From UHGV virus genome UHGV-0121731: DNA of 18,942 nucleotides; one strand, 5' to 3'. The DNA comes from a virus. Below, one piece after another: positions 1 to 7,683 of the stretch. The number at the start of each line of letters is the position of its first letter. Within the stretch, counting starts at the first letter, position 1. The position numbers and the translations under genes are program-made. A model generated the notes under the pieces. It saw only the letters and a program-made list of their open reading frames with translations. It was not told the DNA's origin and did no database searches.

Positions 1-49
1 ATTAGTTAAATTACTCATATCGCTTCAATTGGCTCTAGTTAACTCTGGT

Positions 50-1045
50 TTATGGACGCATTATGGACATTCCTGACACCGGGTTAAGAGTCACAGCATC
101 TTGTAAGAAATCCGGTGCAAAGTGTGCGTAGGTCATAGTTTGCTGAATGTTAGAATGACCCAGGATGCGCTGCAATGTGATTATGTTACCTCCATTCATT
201 ATAAAATGTGTGGCAAATGTATGCCTCAAAACATGTACTGCTTGTCCGTCAGGTAAATCGGGTTTTACTTCCCTGAGAGCGTTACGCACTTTGTAGTAAC
301 TGGCATTAAAAAGCCTGCCTGAATTTTTGGTCTTGATCCGTTTAATCAGGTCCTGCGAAACGGGAATTGTCCTGCGTTTTCCGTTTTTAGTTTTCATAAA
401 CGTAACCATCTGGTTAATGATGTGTTCAGCTTTTAAATTAGACACTTCACTCCAGCGTCCACCAGTAGAAAGGCAGACCAGAGTTGCATTTAATTCATCA
501 CCATCAAGCACGGATAACAGCCGCGTAATCTCTTCACTGGACAAAAAAGCCATTTCCGTAACAGCTTCACGTAACCGTTTAATCTCACGGAACGGGTTGT
601 GAGAGTGGTATTCACCGGCGTCAATTAACTTGGTGAACATCCCGCTCATTATTGCCAGATGTCGATTTACGCTGGCTGGTTTCAGACCATCGTTCATCAT
701 TACAACGCGATAATCAGTTATCGTTTTCTTTGTTAGCTGGTCAGCTCTGGACACTCCCATTTCTGCAAATTTGGCGATTATTGTCGTTAAACGCCCCCGT
801 TCAATATCTCCACGCTCATGTGATTTTCCGTGATATATCCACCATCTGCCTAACAACTCTGTAAGAGTTCGGCGGTCGGCTGGTTTCTCCAACCACTCTT
901 TGTTGTGGTAGTTAACCAGGACATGACGTTCGAATGCTTGAGCTTCACCTTTAGTTTTAAATTTCCGCCTGATACGTTTTCCATCTGCACCCTGCGGTCT
1001 GACGTCCACTTCATAACGACCATCATCGAGCTTTTTAATAGACAT
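50..1045 (-). CDS. int: Tyrosine integrase, P2 Int family (331 aa)
   Basis: Full-length ORF with ATG at 1043-1045. Product begins MSIKKLDDGRYEVDVRPQG and has a C-terminal catalytic region (HVLRHTFATHF...LGHSNIQQTMTYAH) typical of phage tyrosine recombinases. It sits at the prophage end, divergent from the early operon, as in P2 lysogens. Confidence 0.9.
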   Translation of the reverse strand: MSIKKLDDGRYEVDVRPQGADGKRIRRKFKTKGEAQAFERHVLVNYHNKEWLEKPADRRTLTELLGRWWIYHGKSHERGDIERGRLTTIIAKFAEMGVSRADQLTKKTITDYRVVMMNDGLKPASVNRHLAIMSGMFTKLIDAGEYHSHNPFREIKRLREAVTEMAFLSSEEITRLLSVLDGDELNATLVCLSTGGRWSEVSNLKAEHIINQMVTFMKTKNGKRRTIPVSQDLIKRIKTKNSGRLFNASYYKVRNALREVKPDLPDGQAVHVLRHTFATHFIMNGGNIITLQRILGHSNIQQTMTYAHFAPDFLQDAVTLNPVSGMSIMRP

Positions 1046-1138
1046 AAAGCCCTCCGATGACGCTGTTTACTTCTACTACTTGAAAATTAATGCAATTTTC
1101 TTTCGTACATTTACTACACACATATGCTGAATAAATCG

Positions 1139-1438
1139 TCAGCCAGTCTTCTGGTCTGAGTGGTGCAAGGTTGTTGAGTCTTGCCCAATGTGTGCGAGAG
1201 CCGGGGCTATTTGTCCAGCTGCTGGATCTGTTTCATCAAACATGAACCAGTCACGATACTTGCGAAAGCGTGGATGCTTAAACAGCTTCATACCTGCTTC
1301 CATAGGCATTTTTGATTTTCCTGATTCATATCCATGATATGTGTAGTAATTAATTCCAATTAATTCAGCAAGTTCCTTAGTTTTAAGGCGTTCGGATTCA
1401 CGGATGAGCTTTAGTTTCTCACTTTGTTCACTTGACAT
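1139..1438 (-). CDS. C: Immunity repressor, P2 C-like (99 aa from the ATG at 1438; the ORF track extends to a TTG at 1456)
   Basis: Small ORF directly upstream of int on the same strand and divergent from the cox-like gene. The size from the internal ATG equals that of P2 C. The N-terminal helix-turn-helix-like segment is LKTKELAELIGINYYTYHGYESG. Confidence 0.65.
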   Translation of the reverse strand: MSSEQSEKLKLIRESERLKTKELAELIGINYYTYHGYESGKSKMPMEAGMKLFKHPRFRKYRDWFMFDETDPAAGQIAPALAHIGQDSTTLHHSDQKTG

Positions 1439-1531
1439 AATTTTGCTAATCTCCAATTATATTGTTACTTGGCAATTTGTGATTCGCTCAAAAAGGCTCT
1501 AGATGGCTCCAGTTGGTGAATCGCAAATCTT
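1439..1531. promoter_or_regulatory. Divergent early/repressor promoter-operator region (lysis-lysogeny switch) containing a tandem decamer GGCTCTAGAT-GGCTCCAGTT at 1495-1514
   Basis: Non-coding gap between the divergently transcribed C and cox-like genes. It holds two adjacent direct repeats of GGCTCYAGWT. A possible rightward promoter is TTTGTGA (about 1476-1482) with TAGATG (1500-1505), but exact promoter elements are not resolved. Confidence 0.45.
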
Positions 1532-1903
1532 ATGGAGGATAGCAAAGTGACGACAAATGTAGAAATTTCTTGTCCAACTAGCGATGAGGCAAGTTTCGAA
1601 AATGAAGCCAAACGTAAAAGCATTCAGATTTCAGAGCGCCCATCTGATTTGCTGTCGAAAGAAGGTTTTGCTCTTTACATCGGTAAGACACCACGCGCGG
1701 TGGCTGAAATGGCTAAAGCAGGAAAGCTGCCAGCCTTCTACATGACAGACCCATTAAAACCAAGAGGGAAAGCTGAATTATGGATTAATCGCCGTGAGTG
1801 GGACAAGTACGCAGCCCAGCTAGTTGATGAAGCTCCGACAGAATGGCATGACTGGAAAAATCGCATTAGTTACAGCAAATCAAGACATGGCCGTGCGGCT
1901 TAA
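1532..1903 (+). CDS. cox: Cox-like excisionase/early-promoter regulator; true start uncertain (ATG 1532, GTG 1547 or TTG 1649)
   Basis: First gene of the rightward early operon, opposite the repressor. The segment ALYIGKTPRAVAEMAKAGKLPAFYMTDP resembles the winged-helix DNA-binding core of P2 Cox/186 Apl-type proteins. The 123-aa ORF is longer than P2 Cox (91 aa), so an internal start is plausible. Confidence 0.55.
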   Translation: MEDSKVTTNVEISCPTSDEASFENEAKRKSIQISERPSDLLSKEGFALYIGKTPRAVAEMAKAGKLPAFYMTDPLKPRGKAELWINRREWDKYAAQLVDEAPTEWHDWKNRISYSKSRHGRAA

Positions 1904-1913
1904 GGTGGAAAGG

Positions 1914-2084
1914 ATGAACGAGCCTCGTTGTATTGCTCAGTTATTGCGTAACGAAAGCCCCAGGGCGATTGACTTCACCATCACCCACGGTAAGGGGCGT
2001 AAGGGAATCATTATCCGCACCAAAAAACAGAGTCCGGTAAAAAAGGCTCTGACCTTTCTGAAAAGCCGGAGGGTCTGGAAATGA
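1914..2084 (+). CDS. Small basic early protein (56 aa), positional equivalent of P2 orf78
   Basis: ATG at 1914 preceded by AAGGTGGAAAGG and placed 10 nt after the cox stop. Its stop overlaps the next gene's start (ATGA at 2081-2084). Product is K/R-rich. The ORF track shows a longer version from 1824 that overlaps cox. Confidence 0.4.
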   Translation: MNEPRCIAQLLRNESPRAIDFTITHGKGRKGIIIRTKKQSPVKKALTFLKSRRVWK

Positions 2085-2581
2085 CAGTGATGACGCTCAA
2101 TCTCGTTGAAAAACAGCCAGCAGCTATGCGCCGGATAATTGGCAAGCATCTTGCCGTCCCTCGCTGGCAGGATACATGTGATTATTATAATCAGATGATG
2201 GAGCGCGAACGGCTAACGGTTTGCTTTCATGCACAGTTAAAACAGCGTCACGCAACGATGCGTTTTGAAGAAATGAACGACGTCGAACGTGAACGACTGG
2301 TTTGTGCAATTGATGAATTGCGTGGCGCATTCTCAAAACGCCGTCAGGTTGGTGCAAGTGAGTATGCATATATTAGTTTTTTAACAGTCAGTCAGCGTCG
2401 CACTTTATTTATGCACGCACGACTGACAGAAAAAGAATTCAACCAGCCGTACTGGCGAATTAATGAAGAATCATGTTACTGGCGTGATGCTTTATTCCGT
2501 GCATTACGTGAATTATTCAGTCTGTTTGAGTATGCACCGACAATTCTGACGTCGGTAAAACCAGAGCAATATCTGCATTAA
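2081..2581 (+). CDS. Early protein, likely P2 gpB-like replication accessory protein (166 aa)
   Basis: Position between cox and A and a length of 166 aa matching P2 B. Translationally coupled to the upstream small ORF. Assignment is by synteny and size only. Confidence 0.5.
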   Translation: MTVMTLNLVEKQPAAMRRIIGKHLAVPRWQDTCDYYNQMMERERLTVCFHAQLKQRHATMRFEEMNDVERERLVCAIDELRGAFSKRRQVGASEYAYISFLTVSQRRTLFMHARLTEKEFNQPYWRINEESCYWRDALFRALRELFSLFEYAPTILTSVKPEQYLH

Positions 2582-2602
2582 ATAATTAACCAGAGTTTTT
2601 AA

Positions 2603-2630
2603 CGCACTTAATCGTGCGGGGCTTCTTTTT
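2603..2630 (+). terminator. Weak hairpin plus T-run after the B-like gene (possible partial terminator/attenuator)
   Basis: CGCAC-ttaatc-GTGCG stem-loop followed by GGGCTTCTTTTT. The stem is short (5 bp), so this is weak. Confidence 0.25.
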
Positions 2631-2644
2631 GCCTGGAGAAAGTC

Positions 2645-2869
2645 ATGCATACAGTTTCTGAAAATCAGTGCGGTAAATACGCATTACTGCTGCAACAGGC
2701 CAGAACCGAAGCACAGGCCGACGCTGCGACGCGCTTTTCTTCTCATCTTGACGCCATGATTCGCCATATCACAAAGGCGGAGTTATCCCGCGTGGAGATA
2801 GTCGAGCTGCTCAGTCAGGAGTCGGAAAAATTTCACAATATCGGATTGTCTCGCGGGGAGGTGCTTTGA
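2645..2869 (+). CDS. Hypothetical early protein (74 aa), P2 orf80 position
   Basis: ORF with GGAG ribosome-binding site at 2634-2637 and ATG at 2645. Its end overlaps the next gene. It lies in the conserved early-operon block between B and A. Confidence 0.5.
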   Translation: MHTVSENQCGKYALLLQQARTEAQADAATRFSSHLDAMIRHITKAELSRVEIVELLSQESEKFHNIGLSRGEVL

Positions 2870-3171
2870 TGTCCTGTTCTCATTCAGTTGTATTACTGAA
2901 TAACGCCTTAAAAATCGCCGTTATGGAAAATGGTGATTTATCTCTTATTCAACTTTGTCTTGATAAAGAAAAACGCGACATAACTGAATCTGTTATCGCG
3001 ATTTATCAGAATGAATTAAACCTCCTGTCTGATGTGGTCAATTTACTTGTTAAACGCGCTGTATTCCACAAGCAAATTTCCTCCGTGGATGAACTGACAA
3101 AATTAACGACAGAAATCGTCAGCTATTGCGCTGATGAATTTAAGAAACTGAACGACAAAAGGAACTGGTAA
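2866..3171 (+). CDS. Hypothetical early protein (101 aa), P2 orf81 position
   Basis: Overlapping start/stop with both neighbours (TAATG at 3169-3173), same strand and operon context. Confidence 0.5.
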   Translation: MMSCSHSVVLLNNALKIAVMENGDLSLIQLCLDKEKRDITESVIAIYQNELNLLSDVVNLLVKRAVFHKQISSVDELTKLTTEIVSYCADEFKKLNDKRNW

Positions 3172-3395
3172 TGCCGGACAACGTAGATTTCATTCAGGAA
3201 CAACAGGCTGAATTACTGGAGCGCCAGATTAACGCGGCAAGGGTAAAACATTGCGGTGTTTCTGCGCTGGTTTGCGAAGAGTGTGACGTGCCAATACCTG
3301 CTGCCCGTCGTGCGGCTTATCCGTCAGCCACGCGTTGTGTTTCCTGTCAGTCAGTCTTTGAAGCAAAAAACAAACATTACCGGAGAATGGCATGA
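3171..3395 (+). CDS. TraR/DksA-type C4 zinc-finger protein (74 aa), P2 orf82 position
   Basis: Two CxxC pairs (CEEC...CVSC) in a short protein with an N-terminal helical region, the hallmark of phage TraR/DksA-like zinc-finger proteins found at this position in P2-like early operons. Confidence 0.6.
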   Translation: MPDNVDFIQEQQAELLERQINAARVKHCGVSALVCEECDVPIPAARRAAYPSATRCVSCQSVFEAKNKHYRRMA

Positions 3396-3667
3396 GTATT
3401 CGTATCGAAATTGGCGAACGTTATGTCGTTACCAGTGACAGCTTTCAGTTTATTCTCCACGAGAAAAAGAGAGCGGAAAGCGGTAAAAACGCCGGTCAGG
3501 AGTGGCTGGCGGTGGTTGGTTATTACCCGAAATTAAGCCAGCTCGTTTCCGGCCTGATGCATCACGATATTCTGACCGGAAGCGCAAAGTCTTTTGCTGA
3601 TTTAAACGCGCAGGTTGAGCAACTCAGCAAGCGTTGTTCAGAGGCTTTTGGCTCATATGGCCGTTAA
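3392..3667 (+). CDS. Hypothetical early protein (91 aa), P2 orf83 position
   Basis: ATGA overlap with the upstream gene at 3392-3395. Its 3' end overlaps the start of A. Confidence 0.5.
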   Translation: MSIRIEIGERYVVTSDSFQFILHEKKRAESGKNAGQEWLAVVGYYPKLSQLVSGLMHHDILTGSAKSFADLNAQVEQLSKRCSEAFGSYGR

Positions 3668-5921
3668 AGCCTCCGGGCATTTTGTCCCTCCGTCAGCATT
3701 TGCCGCAGGCACCGGTGAGACGTTTACCGGTGCTTATGCATGGAACGCGCCACGCGAGGCCGTCGGGCGCGAAAGACCCCTTACACGTGACGAGATGCGT
3801 CAGGTGCAAGGTGTTTTATCCACGATTAACCGCCTGCCTTACTTTTTGCGCTCGCTGTTTACTTCACGCTATGACTACATCCGGCGCAATAAAAGCCCGG
3901 TACACGGGTTTTATTTCCTCACATCCACTTTTCAGCGTCGTTTATGGCCGCGCATTGAACGTGTGAATCAGCGCCATGAAATGAACACCGACGCGTCGTT
4001 GCTGTTTCTGGCAGAGCGTGACCATTATGCGCGTCTGCCGGGGATGAATGACAAGGAGCTGAAAAAGTTTGCCGCCCGTATCTCATCGCAGCTTTTCATG
4101 ATGTATGAGGAACTCAGCGATGCCTGGGTGGATGCGCATGGCGAAAAAGAATCACTGTTTACGGATGAGGCTCAGGCTCACCTGTATGGTCATGTTGCTG
4201 GCGCTGCACGAGCTTTCAATATTTCCCCGCTCTACTGGAAAAAATACCGTAAAGGACAGATAACCACGAGGCAGGCATATTCTGCCATTGCCCGCCTGTT
4301 TAACGATGAGTGGTGGACTCATCAGCTTAAAGGCCAGCGTATGCGCTGGCATGAAGCGTTACTGATAGCTGTCGGGGAGGTCAATAAAGACCGTTCTCCT
4401 TATGCCAGTAAACATGCCATTCGTGATGTGCGTGCACGCCGCCAGGCAAATCTGGAATTTCTTAAATCGTGTGACCTCGAAAACAGGGAAACCGGCGAGC
4501 GCATCGACCTTATCAGTAAGGTGATGGGCAGTATTTCTAATCCTGAAATTCGCCGGATGGAGCTGATGAACACCATCGCTGGTATTGAGCGTTACGCCGC
4601 CGCAGAGGGTGATGTGGGGATGTTTATCACGCTTACCGCGCCGTCAAAGTATCACCCGACACGTCAGGTCGGAAAAGGTGAAAGTAAAACCGTCCAGCTT
4701 AATCACGGCTGGAACGATGAGGCATTTAATCCAAAGGATGCGCAGCGTTATCTCTGCCGTATCTGGAGCCTGATGCGCACGGCATTCAAGGATAATGATT
4801 TACAGGCCTACGGTTTGCGTGTCGTCGAGCCACACCACGACGGAACGCCGCACTGGCATATGATGCTTTTTTGTAATCCACGCCAGCGTAACCAGATTAT
4901 TGAAATCATGCGTCGTTATGCGCTCAAAGAGGATGGCGACGAAAGAGGAGCCGCGCGAAACCGTTTTCAGGCAAAACACCTTAACCGGGGCGGTGCTGCG
5001 GGATATATCGCGAAATACATCTCAAAAAATATCGACGGCTATGCACTGGATGGTCAGCTCGATAACGATACCGGCAGACCGCTGAAAGACACTGCTGCGG
5101 CTGTTACCGCATGGGCGTCAACGTGGCGTATCCCGCAATTTAAAACGGTTGGCCTGCCGACAATGGGGGCTTACCGTGAACTACGCAAACTGCCTCGCGG
5201 CGTCAGCATTGCTGATGAGTTTGACGAACGCGTCGAGGCTGCACGCGCCGCCGCAGACAGTGGTGATTTTGCGTTGTATATCAGCGCGCAGGGTGGGGCA
5301 AATGTCCCGCGCGATTGTCAGACTGTCAGGGTTGCCCGTAGCCCGTCGGATGACGTTAACGAGTACGAGGAAGAAGTCGAGAGAGTGGTCGGCATTTACG
5401 CACCGCATCTCGGCGCGCGTCATATTCATATCACCAGAACCACGGACTGGCGCATTGTGCCGAAAGTGCCGGTCGTTGAGCCTTTGACTTTAAAAAGCGG
5501 CATCGCCGCGCCTCGGAGTCCTGTCAATAACTGTGGAAAGCTCACCGGTGGTGATACTTCGTTACCGGCTCCCACACCTTCTGAGCACGCCGCAGCAGTG
5601 CTTAATCTGGTTGATGACGGTGTTATCGAATGGGATGACCCGGATGTCGTGAGGGCGCTCAGAGGTGCATTGAAACACGGACTGAGAACACCAAATCGTC
5701 AGCAAAGAAACGGAAGCCCGTTAAAACCGCATGAAATAGCGCCATCAGCCAGACTGACCCGGTCGGAACGAATGCAAATCACCCGTATCCGCGTTGACCT
5801 TGCTCAGAACGGTATCAGGCCGCAGCGATGGGAACTTGAGGCGCTGGCGCGTGGAGCGACATTGGTATATGGCGAAAAAAAATTCACATATCAGCTTGTT
5901 GATAAGCAGTTTGGTTTTTAA
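3657..5921 (+). CDS. A: Rolling-circle replication initiation endonuclease, P2 gpA family (754 aa from the ATG at 3657)
   Basis: N-terminus MAVKASGHFVPPSAFAAGTGETFTGAYAWNAPREAVGRER matches my recollection of P2 A almost exactly. The length is close to P2 A (761 aa). The ORF track starts 14 codons earlier at 3615. Confidence 0.9.
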   Translation: MAVKASGHFVPPSAFAAGTGETFTGAYAWNAPREAVGRERPLTRDEMRQVQGVLSTINRLPYFLRSLFTSRYDYIRRNKSPVHGFYFLTSTFQRRLWPRIERVNQRHEMNTDASLLFLAERDHYARLPGMNDKELKKFAARISSQLFMMYEELSDAWVDAHGEKESLFTDEAQAHLYGHVAGAARAFNISPLYWKKYRKGQITTRQAYSAIARLFNDEWWTHQLKGQRMRWHEALLIAVGEVNKDRSPYASKHAIRDVRARRQANLEFLKSCDLENRETGERIDLISKVMGSISNPEIRRMELMNTIAGIERYAAAEGDVGMFITLTAPSKYHPTRQVGKGESKTVQLNHGWNDEAFNPKDAQRYLCRIWSLMRTAFKDNDLQAYGLRVVEPHHDGTPHWHMMLFCNPRQRNQIIEIMRRYALKEDGDERGAARNRFQAKHLNRGGAAGYIAKYISKNIDGYALDGQLDNDTGRPLKDTAAAVTAWASTWRIPQFKTVGLPTMGAYRELRKLPRGVSIADEFDERVEAARAAADSGDFALYISAQGGANVPRDCQTVRVARSPSDDVNEYEEEVERVVGIYAPHLGARHIHITRTTDWRIVPKVPVVEPLTLKSGIAAPRSPVNNCGKLTGGDTSLPAPTPSEHAAAVLNLVDDGVIEWDDPDVVRALRGALKHGLRTPNRQQRNGSPLKPHEIAPSARLTRSERMQITRIRVDLAQNGIRPQRWELEALARGATLVYGEKKFTYQLVDKQFGF

Positions 5922-6360
5922 TCAAATAGTGTATTAAATGTACTAAAATGTATCTTTTTATATAAAAAACAAAGTGCTGAATCAATTCTCATTTTTTGTA
6001 TTTTTTAGATCGTAAACCGATTAGTGTTACCAAGAGTATTCAGTTAATAGGGCTTTAATTTTTTGCTTCCCTGTTTTGGTGGTTATGTGGTACTGTTTTT
6101 TTATACAGTTTTTGAGGTTGCTGAGAAATAGAAAATGATAGAGTTATATGCGAGCCTTAGTTTAATTCGTTGTAATTAGGATTGGGTATATCATTCGTAC
6201 TGTCAGTGGTCATATACCACTAAGCAAAGCAATAGAATCCTACGAATTATTGTTTAAATAGTAACATTGGCAATTATAACGGCAGTATCTGTGTTTTGTC
6301 TGTCAGTGGTTACATCGAGAGTATGTGATTTGCATTACATAACTAGTTGATGTTCCTTAG

Positions 6361-6389
6361 TTGTAGATAGAAAGTATTCGATTTATTAT
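6361..6389 (+). promoter_or_regulatory. Candidate sigma70 promoter for the cargo operon (-35 TTGTAG 6361-6366, 17-bp spacer, -10 TATTAT 6384-6389)
   Basis: Hexamers with canonical spacing lie about 35 bp upstream of the first cargo gene (ribosome-binding site AAGGA at 6410-6414, ATG at 6423). The region is AT-rich, so chance matches are likely. Confidence 0.25.
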
Positions 6390-6422
6390 AAGAGTACAAA
6401 AATTTATGCTAAGGATACTAGA

Positions 6423-6614
6423 ATGGAGTGGATTACACATATAATCACTTTCTTTGTCGGACTGGGAGCGGGTTGGTCGATTCGTGTCGTGTTTTCATCT
6501 AGAAAGCAAATTGGTGATTCCAGCGTGAACTCAAACAATCATACAGTTACTCAAACTGGTAACAGTGTTACAAATGGAAGTATTGTTGGCGGTAATCAGG
6601 ATAGGTCACATTAA
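6423..6614 (+). CDS. Small membrane protein (63 aa): one predicted TM helix plus an S/N/T/G-rich tail
   Basis: Good ribosome-binding site and ATG. Hydrophobic segment WITHIITFFVGLGAGWSIRVVF followed by a polar tail ending in the repeat GNSVTNGSIVGGNQ. First gene of the low-GC operon. Confidence 0.5.
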   Translation: MEWITHIITFFVGLGAGWSIRVVFSSRKQIGDSSVNSNNHTVTQTGNSVTNGSIVGGNQDRSH

Positions 6615-6625
6615 GAGGTGTTGGT

Positions 6626-7189
6626 GTGTCTATCGAACAGTCAGGAAATACCGTAACAAATGGCAACATAATTTCTGGTGATCAGACTAATCATATATTC
6701 AATTATCCTGTTAAAGGAACTAACAGGGAGATACAGAAACTTTATGAGTGTTTGAAGAGAGGTGATATAGGGGAAGCGGTTCCGGGGTTTTGTGCTGAAC
6801 TAGAGCATTATATGTCCCTTCAGCCTGATATTGATGTTCGGGGGTTAGACGCTAAATTACTCGAGAGTAATAGAAAAGATTTGTTGTTTTTAGCTAAGCA
6901 GATGAAGGAAAAAGCGACAAAAGCTATAATGCGTCGCCAGACGTCAAAAACTGCACAAAGAATATTTGTAATAATTTTAGATCAAATTCATTTTGATTTT
7001 ATAACGAAAGTAACACCACTTATAGAAGCGGATAGCTCCAGAGTGATTGTTGATGAGAAAATCGCTTCAATAATTGATGAATTATATTCGTCTTTGGGAG
7101 AAAACTTGCTAGAGCTAACAGCAAAAGATCTCTTGGGATTACTATTTTTTCTGGGTGGCAATTGCCATATAAGGTGGGATAAATGCTAA
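6626..7189 (+). CDS. Hypothetical protein (187 aa): N-terminal GNTVTNGNIISGDQ repeat and a helical C-terminal domain
   Basis: GTG start preceded by AGAGGTG. Its N-terminus repeats the C-terminal peptide motif of the upstream small ORF. Stop overlaps the next start (ATG at 7183). Confidence 0.55.
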   Translation: MSIEQSGNTVTNGNIISGDQTNHIFNYPVKGTNREIQKLYECLKRGDIGEAVPGFCAELEHYMSLQPDIDVRGLDAKLLESNRKDLLFLAKQMKEKATKAIMRRQTSKTAQRIFVIILDQIHFDFITKVTPLIEADSSRVIVDEKIASIIDELYSSLGENLLELTAKDLLGLLFFLGGNCHIRWDKC

Positions 7190-7683
7190 TTTACCATCCA
7201 GCATATGATGCATATCATTGTTTATTCAGAATGATTGCTCTTATAGACCATGTAAATGAAATTGAGGTAGATAAGGCCAGGATTTTGGACTTCTATCTGC
7301 TATTTCCTGCTTTGGTATCTGAAATTAGAATGCCTCATAATTATTCTTCAATGAAGAAAGAAGCGAAGAAGTATTCTAATATATATCGGGATCCTATTAA
7401 TGTTACATCTACATTCAGAGATATGTATGAAATTCAAATGGCAGCAATAAGATGTCTTGCAGCTACTGGGTTGGTTGAGATGGATTGTCTTGAGAAAAAC
7501 ATTATAAAGAGAACAGATAAGTCTGTTCCAGATGGCTTATTACTTTCTATTAATAATTTTATTAATACGAATAAAACTATTAATACATTTATCATAGACA
7601 CACTATCTAAATTCCATTTGGTTGGAAAAGATGGTTTAAAAGATAGAACGAAGTTAATGGAGTTTAGATATGACTATTCTTAA
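7183..7683 (+). CDS. Hypothetical small helical protein (166 aa); possible middle-component-like partner of the ATPase
   Basis: Overlaps both neighbours (translational coupling). No catalytic motif is recognisable by eye. Confidence 0.55.
   Translation: MLIYHPAYDAYHCLFRMIALIDHVNEIEVDKARILDFYLLFPALVSEIRMPHNYSSMKKEAKKYSNIYRDPINVTSTFRDMYEIQMAAIRCLAATGLVEMDCLEKNIIKRTDKSVPDGLLLSINNFINTNKTINTFIIDTLSKFHLVGKDGLKDRTKLMEFRYDYS

Noticed and set aside
327-864. Plus-strand ORFs of 91 and 70 aa (327-602, 652-864) inside the integrase gene
   Set aside because: Antisense to a well-supported full-length integrase; no ribosome-binding site and low-complexity products. Treated as chance ORFs.
3634-3966. 110-aa ORF in an alternative frame at the start of A
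   Set aside because: Lies entirely within the A coding region in another frame; the A frame is strongly supported by its recognisable N-terminus.
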